Shown here one piece after another: positions 49,243 to 64,000 of a DNA stretch of 64,000 nt. Location: contig JAWQFM010000021.1 in the NCBI GenBank assembly GCA_033442325.1, positions 825,189-889,188 on the forward strand, in the 5' to 3' direction. Origin of the DNA: Salpingoeca rosetta (Eukaryota; Protista; Choanoflagellata). The position numbers were made by a program, and so were the translations under genes. The stretch's first letter is position 1, and the number at the start of each line of letters is the position of its first letter. The notes under the pieces were generated by a model. It was not told the origin of the DNA. It made no database searches and was given only the letters and a program-made list of their open reading frames with translations.

Positions 49243-52200
49243 TGCTCACGCACACACATTTGCTCACACACACACACATTTGCTCACACACACTCACACG
49301 CACACACATTTGCTCACACACACACACACACATTCGCCCACACGCGCGCACGCAGAGGAAACGTTTCGGTTGCACGACTTCCACATTACGGGTGGACAGC
49401 AGAGCTTGGCCCTGTCTTTACTCAAGCAGACAAACGCGTACGCCGTTGTTCTCTACGTGGACTTTGTCCCCGTTGCAGTCACGGGCGCTGTGGTGTCCAA
49501 CGGGCAGTGGGCAGGCAGCGACAGCATAAGTTTCTTCAGCACCGCATCCGGTGTGTGTGGAGGAACCTTCCGGGCCCCAGTGTCACAGCGCGTGAACCCT
49601 CTTCGTGGCCTGCGCATGTGGACGGGCAAGGCATTTTCCAACGAGGACCGGTGCGCGCTGACAAACGCGTGCTTCAACGGCGGCACGTGCCTCAACGGCT
49701 GGTACGACCCGCCGCTGTGCGAGTGCGCCCCTGGTTTCACGGGGCCGGCGTGCGCGGATGACATTGACGAGTGCGCGTCGCCGAGCCTGAACAACTGCCA
49801 CAAGTACGCCGACTGCGAAAACGTGCCGTCCACGTTCACCTGCCGCTGCAAGTTTGGCTTCACGGGCAACGGCACGCACTGCATCGATGTCACCGACCCG
49901 GCCATCACGTGCCCGGCGTCTGTGGTGTCGACGGACGTGTTTATCAGCTGGAGCAGCCCCAACGCCACAGACAACGTGGACGACGGCGTGAGCGTTTCGT
50001 GCGACACTAGGCCGCAGACGTTTCCCATTGGCACAACGGCTGTCACGTGCACGGCTACGGACGCAGCAGGCAACCAGGCGCAGTGCAGCTTTGACGTGAC
50101 TCGACTGGATGCGCAGCCACCCGTGTTTCCAGAGTGCCCCGCGGCGATGGTGGTGGGCACTGACCGGTTCTCAAACAAGCACACGCTCTCCTATGCTGTT
50201 CCGCTTGCCATTGACAACCACATTCCCAACGTGCCAGTGACGTGCACGCCCGAACCGGGCGAGGACGTGGCAATTGGCACCACGAGCGTCACGTGCGTTG
50301 CCGACGACGGAAGGAATCGGGCGTTCTGCAGCTTCAGCATCACTGTGGAGGACCAAGAGCCGCCGCTCCTCAGCTGTCCTGGTGATGTGCAGACGACGGC
50401 GCCACCGGGAGCCACCAGCGTCAACACCATTGCCCTGCCCAACCCAACGGCCCTTGATGCTGTGGACAACGACCCGAGCAGCCTCGACGTCTCGTGCAAT
50501 GCAACCGCGAACCAGCCTTTCCTGGTCGGCTACACCGTGGTCGAGTGCTCGGCGGAGGACACGAGCGGCAACAGGGCGACGTGCACGTTTGAGGTTGTTG
50601 TGCGCGACGAGACAAACCCGACAGTCACATGCCCTGCAAACATGGGCGTGGCCACGGACGCCGGCATGCCAACCGCAGTGGTGGACACGGTGTCGCTGCT
50701 GACGGCATCCGACAACGGACGCATTGCGCGCAAGGCGTGCACGTGGGACGCCAGCACGCCCATGCCCATTGGCAGCAACACGGTGACGTGCGAGGTGGAG
50801 GACGAGTTTGCCAACAGCGCGTCCTGCTCCTTCACCGTGACGGTGAGCGATGCGGAGCCACCCGTGATTGTGTGCAGCAACAACGTGACGGTAAGCACGG
50901 AGGTCAGCGTTGCGGACGCCGCTGTCACCTTTGGGCTGCCGAGTGTGAGCGACAACTCTGGCCGCGTGGCCTCTGTCAGCTGTGACACGCCAACGCAAGG
51001 GCGCTTTGGTATTGGCGAGACGATCGTACGCTGCTCTGCGCGTGATGTCGCCGGCAACAGCGCCTCGTGTGCGCTCAGCATCAGCGTGATGGATACAGAG
51101 CCACCTGCACTCGGGTGTCCGCCTGCGATGTCGGTGTCCACAGACGCTGGTCTGAGCACGGCCGCCATTGAGTTTGCACCCACCGCAAGCGACAACAGTG
51201 GTATGTCGGTGGCCATCAACTGCACAGTGCCTTCGCCGGCCGACCTTGGCGTGGGGGCGTACGCCGTTGCCTGCAGTGCTGCGGATGTGTCTGGCAACAG
51301 GGCGACGTGCACGTTTGACGTTGTTGTGTTTGACGAGGAGCCGCCGGTGCTGTCGTGCCCCGACTCGCTGCAGCTCAAGGCCCCAGGCAATGCCACGTCC
51401 GTTGTTGCCAACTGGACTACTGTGGCTGCCGCAGACAACAGCGGAGAGCCCGTCACTGTGACATGCTCGCACAACGTTGGCGACGCCCTGAACGTGAGCG
51501 TGCACCACGTGGACTGCAGCGCAAGGGACGCGTACGGCAACACGGACGAATGCGCGTTTGTGGTGACCGTTCAATCGGACCTGGCGCCGACGGTGACATG
51601 CCCCAACGACATTGTCACCCAGACGTCGCTTGGCACGTCTGTGGCCGTGGTGCGCTGGGCTGATGCCGCCACTGCCGTGGACAACGCCGATGCGACGCTG
51701 CCCACACGATGCTTTCCACCAGCGGGCCGGCGCTTCGAGATTGGCGCGCACTTTCCATACTGCATGGCGGTGGACGCCAGCAGCAGGGTGGGCTACTGCT
51801 CCTTCAAGGTGACGGTGTTGGATGTGGAACCGCCCGTGTGGGAGTGCCCGGACCACATCACCATCACGACGGCGAGAAACGAGAGTTACGGTGTTCTCAA
51901 CGCCACCACGCCGACTGTCAGCGACAACTCGGGCCAGGTGGTGGCGCAGTCGTGCACACACGCGCACGGGGATTTGCTGCCTTTCGGCGACACGACGAGG
52001 CGGTGCGAGGCAGCCGACCCTTCTGGAAACAGGGCGGTGTGCAACACGACCATCACGGTGGTTGATGCGCAGCCCCCGTCCATCACATTTCTTCAACCGG
52101 ACCTGGTCGTGGAGACCAAGTTCCGGGAAAGCTACGCCGTGGTGGTGCTGCCTGATCCCGTGGCGTGGGACAACGTTGGTGTGACGCGCGTGAGCTGCAA

Positions 52201-55200
52201 CGCCAGCTCCGGTGCATTTGCCATTGGCGTGCACCACGTGCGCTGCGAGGCGGAGGACGCGGCTGGCAACACCAACGCTGGACAATACCGCGTCACCGTC
52301 GTTGATGTGGAGCCACCGGTGCTGACCTGTCCCCAATCCAGGGTGGTGGTCGTGAGGGCGGGACCGGGTGGTGATGTCGACGGCGACAGCGCGTTTTACC
52401 TCAGCACAACCTCGCCTGTCACAACGACAGATGTCAGAACAGCACCCGTGATACCAACGACACCCACTGCTGGCATGACCATGCCAGGCCTTGCGACCAT
52501 GAATGTCAGCGCATCCAAGACTGCGACCAGCACCGCAGCAACATCAACGACAACGACAACAACGACAACAACGGAGAGCGAACCGTCTGCAGCTGCAAAG
52601 TCCCGCAGCAGACGTGAAACGTCTCGGACGGGTGAAGACAACACGCTCACGCTGTTGCTTGTGGGCACGCGGGAGTTGTTCACAGTGTATTATGGTGACA
52701 ACAGTGACAGCGACAGGCAAGCGGCGAGCATCACCATCTCCTGCGTGGTTGTGGACGGCTCACCTGCCCTTGGTGTGGGTAACGTGACACGGGTGCAATG
52801 CAGTGGCGTGGATGCGTCCATGAACGAGGCATCCTGCTCCTTCCTGATTGCTGTGCAGACGGCGGACGCGCCAGAACTCGCCTGTGACGGGCCCGTGACA
52901 GTGGTGGCAGTAGACGGCACAGCAGCGCCCGTTTCTGTGCAGGCGCCAGTGCAGACGAGGGCATCAGAACCTCTGGCACTGAGCGTGGCGGAGTGCGTGC
53001 TGCCGGCAAGCAGCGAGCTGCCTGTTGGGGAGCACGACGTGGTCTGCTTTGGGAAGGTGGTTGACCTTGTGCCGGCAACCTCCTCCGCCGCTCCAACAAC
53101 TGCAGCGCCAGCGAGTGATGACGACGACACTGCTGTCGGCACCAGCACCAACAGCGACGGCGACGACGATGATGACTATGATCATGTTGCGTCTGCACCC
53201 ACGACTCTGCCAGCAACATCAGAGTCGTTTATTGGCTTCTGCTTCTCACGTGTGTATGTGCTTGAGGCGACACCGCCGGACATTGAGTGCCCCTCCGATG
53301 TGCGAGTGGCTCTGCCATCTACACCGCTTGCACAAACGGCTGCTGTGGTCTTGTTGGACCCCGCTGCATCCGACAACGAGGGCCTGGCTGGCGTGTCATG
53401 CAGCGAGCCCAACATTGCGTCGTTCCCCGCGGGGCGTCACACAGTCAACTGCACGGCTGTGGATGTGTATGGCAACCGCGCCACGTGCGGCTACACGGTG
53501 ACGGTGATTGATGAGCACCCGCCTGTGCTGGAGTGCCCGACGCTCGTCTCGACGACCGTCTCTCGTCTCACGGAGGCAGCCGTTGCAGTGGACATTGGGA
53601 TCATCGAGGCACGCGACAACACGGGTGCAACATTCAGCACCGCTGACAGCAGCAGCAACGGCGGCGGTGACGGTCTCGTTGGCGACTTGGTTGTGGCCTG
53701 CAGTGCACCCGCTGGCGGCCGCTTCCCCGTCGGACAACGCACGGAGGTGACGTGCACCTCGACAGATGCAGCCGGCAACACGGGCACATGCGCATTTGCG
53801 GTCGAGGTTGGCGTGGACTGCATTGGCCAGTGGTCGGAGTGGGTGTGCGAGCGCTGCCCAAACAGGGTGGAGCACCGGGCGTTCCAAGTGAGCGCCTTCC
53901 CAGTCCTGGGTGGGGCCGCGTGTCCGGGAGAGCAGCAGCGAGCGTGTGTCGATGCAGAACCATGCTTCTTCCTGCGCACGTCCTTGGTGATCGGGCCCGT
54001 CCTGGACATTGATGCGGCCATGGGGCCACTTCGTGCAGACTTGGTCGCGTTCTTGACCGATGTCCTACCGCAGATTGCGCGCGTGTATGGGGTTGAGTAT
54101 GACGAGGCGATGGCGTCAATGACCATTGAGGGCGTTTTCGCCACATCCGCCCCCACACCAGCCGTCACCATCAGCGACACGACCGATGCCAGCATCAGCA
54201 ACAGCAACAGCGCCAACACCGTGGACGACGACGGCGCTGGTGATGCTGCGGCGAACGGGATGCGCCGAAGAAGCAGTGATGACGATGACGACGATGGTGG
54301 CAGTGCTGGTGATGATGACGGCAGCATTGCGGAGGTTGTCAAGGACCACTTGAAGGTGTCTGTGCTGATTGACGCTGAGCGGACGCCTGCACTGGCAATG
54401 CTTGATGCACTTGAGGCGACAATGAGCGACAGCAGCAACACGGCGGCGGTGGCGGCAAATGAGGTGTTGGCGATCCTGCGCGCGGGCGACCCCGAAGATG
54501 TGTTCGAGGACGTATCCGTGGCGGTGTTCACCAGCGTGACGGCGCAGTCTGTACTTGAGACCACGAGCACAACAGTCTTGACGACATCCAACACCCCGAC
54601 AACCGTTGGGTCCAGAACTGAAACGTCACTGCAGGCGCAGGTACCGCTCATTGCAGGGGTGTGTGCCGCTGCGCTCATCCTCGTCGTCCTGATTGTGGGC
54701 GCGGTTCTGGTGCGCTTGAGGAAGGACGAACCAATTGTGCTGGCGCGTCGCAGTCCGTCCACGCGGCGACACCGCACCAGCACGCTCAAGCGCAGTGACA
54801 TTATCAAGATCAGAGGCCTGCATCATGAGGAGGAGGCGGAGTACCTCGAGATGAACACCCTCAACAACCCGGTGCGTGTTTGGTTGGGCGTGTAACTGCG
54901 CACACGTGCATGTGTGCTGGTGTGTGTGTGTGCACCTGCGCTTTCAAGTGTTGGTGTATCTGCGTTTGTGTACGTGTTGGTGTGCATTTGCGCGCATGTG
55001 TGTTGGTGAATCTGCGTGTTTGCGTTGGTGATTTGGTGCGTAGCGCTTGTATGTGTGTTGGCGTGTGGTGAATTGCTGCTTTGCTGTAGTGTCCATGGGT
55101 CAAACAATGGCATGTACCTATGTACACCCCACAGGTTGGTTTGAAACTGTCTCACAACTCCAACTCACCACCAACGTGTTTCTTCCGTTTCGTTCGCCAA

Positions 55201-56010
55201 CAACAGCTGTACGACAGCAAGGACGGCACCAACGGCAGCGATGGTGAAGAGGAGGAGGACTTGTATGATGTGGTGCGCGCACCCAACGCATCGGATACGT
55301 CAAGTGACGACGATGACGACATCATGGGCAAGGACATGTTTGACTTCGCTGGGGATGAGGATGAGGAGGACGCCGATGATGGTTTCGGTCTCTTTGGCGG
55401 CACTGTGGAGCGCAATGACTACAGCAGTGCGAATAACATGCCAGTGGAGGAGATGAGCGATGATGATTTGGATGCGCAAGTGGACATGGACATGGTCGCT
55501 GCGTTTGAGCGCCGTGATCCGCTGGGCTTGTCCGCGAACAAGAACCGCAACAGCAGCTACGGCGGCGACAGTGGCGATGATGATGATGATTATGATGACA
55601 ATGATGGCGATGGCGATGACGAGGAGGACATCTCGGGCCTGTTTGGGTTTGGGCAGCAGGATCCCATTGTTGCCGATCTGATGGACGGGCTCATGTCATC
55701 GGAGAAGATGATCAACCACCGCAAGATCCAGAACCTCGAGGAGAAGAACAGGGAGTTGCAGCGGCAATTGTCCATGTACACATCCCAGCAGCCCTCACCC
55801 ATGCGCGGTGCATCGCTCACAGAAGGTCCCGTGATGACAAGCACACCTGTGCCTGTTGGCGTTGCTGATGACGACAAGAACGCGCCGTCGCGTGTGTCCG
55901 TGGAGCGACCGGCAACGCTGTGGATGGACGATGGCGATGGCGATGGCGATGATGATGTGGTGCCGCCTGGTGGTGTTGAGACGAGTGCAGACGAGTGGCT
56001 GCCAAGGTAG
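43860..56010 (+). CDS. Giant type I membrane adhesion/receptor protein: SP, LamG-like x3, EGF x3, fibrinogen-like, HYR x14, TSP1-like, TM, acidic Tyr-motif tail
   Basis: Exons ~43860-43938, 44298-44408, 44669-45144, 45417-46045, 46430-46648, 46956-47115, 47351-47660, 48288-48418, 48792-49077, 49356-54871, ~55207-56010. Signal peptide [15 protein letters not shown]; [12 protein letters not shown] (FBG/NEC-type); [16 protein letters not shown] and DIDECAS (cbEGF); 14 D..PP...CP...C.A.D..GN...C.F.V HYR units; [15 protein letters not shown]; [24 protein letters not shown]. Confidence 0.88.
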
Positions 56011-56341
56011 CCTGTAGATTTTGTTGGTGGGGGAAGGGGGAAGGGCGTGGATGTGGATGTGAACAACGTGTGCCTGTGTGTGAATGCTTTAGAGATACGA
56101 GAAAGCCGCTGCAGGCTGAGGGTGAAAGGTGTCAGAAACAGTGCAGGTGTGCGTGTGACGTGAATGCTCCGCTACATGTTGATTGTTGTCTTGTTGTTAT
56201 TGTCTTGTCTTGTTTAATTACACCAACAGCACACAAGCACGGTGGAGAGTTAAGCAGAGAAACTGAGAGCACGGTTGGTGGTGGTGGTGGTGGTTGTTGT
56301 TGTTGTGATAGTTGCTTGTTGTTGTTGTTGTGATGATTGCT

Positions 56342-56350
56342 TGTTGTGGC

Positions 56351-56410
<60 letters not shown>

Positions 56411-56411
56411 G
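56342..56411. repeat. (TTG)n microsatellite between convergent genes
   Basis: Directly visible. Confidence 0.9.
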
Positions 56412-56465
56412 GATGTGGCGTGCACGACGGAGCTGGCTGGCATGCGTCGAGGCGTGTGTTCCATC

Positions 56466-56683
56466 TCAGTTGTCCTTGTCCTTGAGTGTTTCCTCCAGGC
56501 GCTGAAAGGCGTCGTTGCTCACAGCATCAAGCTCCGTGTCCTCAACCTGGGTACACGTGCGTGTTGTGTTGGAGGAGCACGGGGGAGTTGGTATCAACAC
56601 GGGGTTGTTGCTGATAATACGAGGACATGTAAAACGACACAGAGCGAGGGAGAGGAGAGAACTCTGCGCAAACACACAGACTG

Positions 56684-56714
<31 letters not shown>

Positions 56715-56937
56715 AGACACAGACACAGACACAGACACAGACATACACACACACACACGCATGCGCACCTGTTCAACGCCTTCGACCTCGGGGATGTAGT
56801 GCATGAGCATGTTCTCGACGCCCTGCTTGAGCGTGTACATGGAGCTTGGGCAGCCCTCACACGCACCCTGGCACGCAAGAAGCAACGGTGAGCATGAACG
56901 CTGCGGAGGGTAGCAGTGCAAGAGCAATTGCGCACAC

Positions 56938-56971
<34 letters not shown>

Positions 56972-58346
56972 GCTGCTGTTGTTGTTGATGGCGGTGATGG
57001 TGTGGATCGTCGTGTGAGTGCGAGTCATACCGAGAGTTTGAGCTTGACAATGCCGTTGGTGAACTCCTGCACGAAATTACAGCAACGAGGTGATAACGAT
57101 GATGATGAGGATGAGGATGAGTCGCAGTGTTGTAAAGCACACACACACACACAGACACACACAGACACAAACAGACAGACAGACAGACAGACACGCACAC
57201 ATACACACACAAAAGCGAGCGGTGACGGCAAACGGACCATGAAGATGATGTCACCACCGTCGTCCTGCACTGCTGGGCGAATCCGCGTGTCAAGCAGCTC
57301 CTTGATCATCGACACAACCTCGTCATCCTCCTCACTTGCAGTCGCTGTGTTGGCATGTGTGTGTGTGTGTGCGCGTAAGAAGACGGGTCGCGTTGGTGGG
57401 TGGATGAAATGGACACACACACACATCTACACACTCTCATACACATCATATGCGCACATGCCAGTGCACACATACCACAATCACATCCCAGTGCACACAT
57501 ACTACATACACATCCCAATACACACGCGTCATACGTCATACGCACATGCTGCGTTTGCCTCCTCGCCCTCGAGCAGGACGGGCTGGTTGCTGGCGAAGAA
57601 ATCCATGATGCTGCCAAAGATGTGCGGCTTCATCACGCCCCAGTCCACGTCCTCCTCCTTGGAGATGGTGATAAAGTCTGGCCCGAGGAACACGCCCTGC
57701 ACACCATCAATCCGCAACAGCACCCTGCACGATAACACACACAGAGTGTTGGTGTTGGTGGTAGCATCAATGAGATGATGTGCAGGGCGCAGTGGCGGTA
57801 CGCATATGTTGTATCGAGAGGGGAAATGCGAGTAAGATCCATGCATGCGAGCGTGCGGAAACCAACCGAGCGAGGGGCGACTTGGACGTGTCACCGCCGC
57901 GAGCAAAGTCTGCTGTGCCCGTGCCCGTCACCTGTAGCAGCCGTGTTGTGCCAATGTCATTGTTGACGTCAGCGTCGAGGCGCGCGCGCAACTACTTGCT
58001 TGTCGCACAACAAGGGCATATGTGGTGGCACACAAGCAAACAGAACGCGTGCATGCACAAATGCAAAGTACGTCACGCAAAATGAAACGTACATCCACAT
58101 GTACACACACGCACACATGCACGTACACACACACACACACACACGCACGTACACACACACACACACACACACCTCTGTGCCGGGGTAGAACATGAGGCTG
58201 TTTGGGTTTGGTGTGTCGCGGGTTTGGATGAACATGTGGCGTCGCTGTGAAGCAGCCAGCAACGGGGAAGCCAGCTGCTGCATGGCTGGAGCCAGCGCCC
58301 GCTGCAGCTGTTGCTGCTGCTGGATGCGCAGCAAATGCTGCATCAT
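56466..58346 (-). CDS. NFU1: Mitochondrial Fe-S cluster scaffold/carrier NFU1
   Basis: Seven exons. Presequence-like N-terminus then [65 protein letters not shown] and [28 protein letters not shown]. Confidence 0.96.
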
Positions 58347-58937
58347 GGGCGCCCTCGCTCTGCACCATCACACACACACACACAAGAACACCATCACCAT
58401 CAAGAAGATCATCAGCACCATCCACATCATCAATGTCGTCGTCAACAACAACGTCACGAAGAATCACAGCGGAAGCAGGCACCGTGGCGTGTCCGATGAG
58501 AGCAAAACAACCCCTAGGACCCTGCATCAAGAAGGCTCTCCAATGCCATGCCATCTCCACTGTCCTCCTTTCCCCCCTTTCCCCCCTGCTTTCCCTCTGC
58601 ATGCGCCACACCTGGATGCGACGCGTGCGCCGTGCGCGCATGCCGCTGTCATCGCAAGTCGAAGCATATCCGCCGTGCAAGATGCAGAAGTTGCGTTGTT
58701 GAAGGAGATGCCGTTACTGCAATTTATGGTGTCGCTCCAGAAAATCACATCGCGCACCGCCACTCTCGCTCGCTCGCGTTGGCTGGCTGTTACTTTGGCT
58801 CTCTCTCGATCACATCACACCCTTCATTCGTGTGAGAGCCCAGCAGTGTTGAAGCCTCGCCCTCTCCCTGGTTTCCCACTTCGCAACTGTCTCGCAGCAA
58901 CGACGCGCAGGCATCGCAGCGGGCCCGAACGGCCACC

Positions 58938-60630
<1,693 letters not shown>

Positions 60631-60722
60631 TTTGCCATGTCATCACACTGCTGCCATTGCTGTACTTGCTGCTGCTCTTGCTGCGACCTGTTCCGGTTGC
60701 AATCCCCCTCACACATACCCAC

Positions 60723-61439
60723 ATGCACACGCTTCTGGTGTCAGATACTGCCGGGGCGCACGGGGATTTGTTTGACGATTCGCATCAAGTCGTTCCCGCC
60801 CTCGCTCGCAAACACACGCGCACACGCGCACGCGAGAACACCGGCAGCCCCGATGATTGTCGTGGTGGTGATAGTGGCAGCGGTGGTGGGTTGGTGTACG
60901 GGCAGGACAACAGCAACAACCACAGCAGCAGCAGCAGTGACGGCACTGTGATGACGGCCTCATATTGGAAGAACCCCTTTGCAGACGCACAACCCCCGTA
61001 CGAAGATGTGGAGACCAGTGGGTGCGGGTTGGGGTGCGGTGGCTTGTGTATGATTGGATGTTCTCTGTCTGCACGTGCGCGCGCGTGTGTGCGCCTGTGA
61101 GAGAGAGAGTGTGTGTGTGCGTGTGTGTATATGCGTGTGTGCGTGTGTGTATATGCGTGTGTGCGTGTGTGTTTGTGTGTTAACTCCCATCTCAAGTGGA
61201 GCTGCCTGACACACACCCAGCACCTATGTGCACAAGCCACTGCCACCCCTCCTCTCTACTCATCACAACCATCCCCTCACCACCACTGCAGGTCCCCGCT
61301 GCCGCTCGGTGTGCCGGTGCGCCAGGTCGCGTGTGGGCGCAACCACATGCTCGTCCTCACAGCAGATGGCCGTGTTGCTGCAAAGGGTGGGCGCATGCGT
61401 GTTATGTGTGTGTACGTGTTATGTGTGTGTGCGCGCGCG

Positions 61440-61475
<36 letters not shown>

Positions 61476-61495
61476 GTACGTGTGCGCGCGCGTGT

Positions 61496-61542
<47 letters not shown>

Positions 61543-61850
61543 ATGGGCAATGCCTTACTCTTGCATCGTGTCTTATCTCTGGCATTGCATGGTTTAACCC
61601 CCTCCCCCAACACCCCCAACCCCCAACGCACACGCACACCTCCTCAGGCCTCAACAGTCACGGACAGCTTGGGCTGGGACGTGATGAGTCATCCATCGCC
61701 ACGCCGCACTTTGTTGCTGCGCTCGCACATGTGGCAGTGCAGCACATTGCCTGTGGCACCGAGTTCAGCGCGGTGCGTAAGCGGATGTGGCCATGCTGTT
61801 GCTCACGGTCACACGCGATGGAGATTTTGTTCGTGGTTGGATCCGTGCGC

Positions 61851-61890
<40 letters not shown>

Positions 61891-63373
61891 AATGCAATGG
61901 TTTGTTTCATGGCCTTGTGAGGTGTGCTGCAGAAGGAAGTCCCACCTGCTCCTCAACATCAACAACACCAACAACACCAACAACACCACCACCAACAATA
62001 ACACCAACACACACACACGCGCGCGCGCGCGTACTCCACTGCTGCCTGCACAGGCTGTGGCCGCAGACGGAAGCATCTACACGTGGGGACGCAACGATCA
62101 GCTTCAGGTGGCAATTTTGATTGTCGTCCTATGATGCGCCTGTCAGCCCTGCCTGCCCGAACACGATGCATTCATGCGACCACATGTTGGCGGTGTTCGC
62201 GGTTTTCTCTCGCTCTTTCTCCATTCGTCCGACTGATGTCACCCTGAGCTATTTTCACCGCCTTGATCTAGTCCCATCATCACCACGACCATCCTCACCA
62301 CGACCATCACCATCATCATCACAACCACCATGACCACGTCATCACGATCACGCGCAGTGTGGCCACGGTCCTGCCGACACCACACCATCACTGTCGTCGT
62401 CGTCGTCGTCTTCAGATCATTGTGTGTCCCAATTGCAAGTGCTTATCTTCGTCATGAGCGAATCAGGAATGCCGCGTGCACGCAACGTTCGCTGTTCATT
62501 TATACCTCATTCACGTACTTTCACCTGTCACTTGTCCTCAGCCCTTCCCACACCCCTGTGCGCCATGCACGCCTACCCACTCACTCAACCACCACCACCA
62601 CCACCACCACCACTACCGGCAGCAGTGCTCCCCATGATTGCGTTACCGGAGCCGCTGCCAAATGTGCAGAACACATGCACGCGCGTCGAATGCGGGTACG
62701 ATGCCTGAGTCCAACATCACACGTGCACACACGAATTTGCTGATTTTGATTGATTGCGGTTATCACACTTTGCACACCGCACTGACGCGATTCAAACACA
62801 CACACATACGCACAAAAACATCCAATGCAACGGCGCCTGTTTTGCGTTAGGTTGCGTCATGGCATGGCATTGACGCGCGACGGACACGTGATCCTGTGGG
62901 GAACTGGCCCCATGTTCGCTGCTGACGAGGGACACATCCCAACACGGTGCGCGCCCACACACTGCTGTCTCTCTCACATAACCATGCTCAGTGCGCTTAC
63001 ACTTGCCCGCGCTTGAACATTTGTGTGTGTGTGTGTGTGAGTGTGTACGTGCTCGGGTGATGACCTGATCTGTACGCTCACCCGACGCTGCTGTGTTCAT
63101 GGCGTGTGCACAGCGTGGATGCACTGTCCGCATATTGTGTGGAGGGCATTTCCTCCGGACAGGAGCACGTTGCTGTCCTTGGTGCGTCCTACCTTTGCCG
63201 CTGCTTGTGTGTGCGTGCGTGCGTCTGTGTATGTATGTGTGTGTGTTAAACAAGAGATAAGGAAGAGGGGGTGGGCCGTGTCATCACAATTCACCCATGA
63301 AGATAGGCAACCATTTTAGTTTCCAGCGCTTGGCTCCCTCGCTGCTGACTCAGACGCTAACATAATTTGATTT

Positions 63374-63456
<83 letters not shown>

Positions 63457-64000
63457 TTCCATCAGCGAAACCGCGGGGTGGACCATCCCGTGGCCGAATC
63501 ATGTTCACGTGGGGAAAGGTGCGTGCATCCTAGTGGGCGATGTTGTGTTTTTCAGCTTCTTTCGCACATGTACCAAAACGCACACGCACACGTTCTACTC
63601 ACGTATAAATTGTACACGTTTGCACTCACACCTTCCCACCACCACCACCACCATCACCACCACCACCTCACGATGCTCGTTTGCCACACCAGAACGAGAG
63701 CGGGCAGCTTGGTCATGGTGATCGCGCTGTTCGCCGCGCCCCCACGGCTGTACAATCGCTCGTCGGACGCAGACCCGTCCTGTACGTGCGACAATGGGAT
63801 TGCCTGCAGGCAAACACGCTTGGTGCTTGGGGTGCAGGGAAAGTATGCATGCCTTGGTGTACACGCACGCACGGTTTGTCGTGGAAGCCAATTGTTGCTC
63901 ATCAATTTCAACGTGGTTCATGCACACATGCACACATGCACACACATGTGCGCTGCTGACAACGACAGCGTTGCTGCGGGCAATTCACACACGCTGGCTG
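60723..64000 (+). CDS. RCC1-repeat protein (possibly HERC/RPGR-like), 3' end outside window
   Basis: Exons encode VRQVACGRNHMLVLTADGRV..GLNSHGQLGLG, VQHIACGTEFSAAVAADGSIYTWGRNDQLQ, HGMALTRDGHVILWG and NESGQLGHGD...PTAVQSL. The start codon is uncertain. Confidence 0.85.

Noticed and set aside
50171-54807. Long antisense ORFs (721 aa, 337 aa, 438 aa) over the HYR exon
   Set aside because: Shadow ORFs of a GC-rich coding strand with no recognisable motifs.

Overview
Eukaryotic, intron-rich, gene-dense genomic DNA whose introns are full of (TG)n/(CA)n microsatellites. The gene content and style suggest a choanoflagellate, most likely Salpingoeca rosetta (inference, not a database result). Most entries in the ORF track are microsatellite artefacts. 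I manually spliced 16 protein-coding genes through GT-AG junctions: B4GAT1 (5' partial), an Aa_trans amino-acid transporter, glucose-6-phosphate 1-epimerase, a BIVM/phytochelatin-synthase-like papain-fold protein, a zf-C2HC low-complexity protein, a CKK-domain (CAMSAP/patronin-like) protein, a GH162 endo-beta-1,2-glucanase, UBE3D, a class IV sirtuin with a long C-terminal extension, a CSRNP/AXUD1 homologue, an SDR spanning an assembly gap, a TIR-like+ARM protein, a giant LamG/EGF/fibrinogen-like/HYR/TSP1 type I membrane protein, NFU1, an ASCH-like protein and an RCC1-repeat protein (3' partial). The most interesting signals are: a Caspr/Neurexin-IV-like LamG-LamG-EGF-FBG-LamG-EGF module on a 14-HYR stalk; a degenerate TIR-ARM protein; a secreted enzyme for bacterial beta-1,2-glucans; and introns bracketed by complementary 5'(GT)n...(CA)n3' tracts. 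A ~750 bp degraded copy next to the 100-N gap is probably a misassembly. Family assignments come from remembered motifs, and exon boundaries were read by eye and may be off by a few nt.
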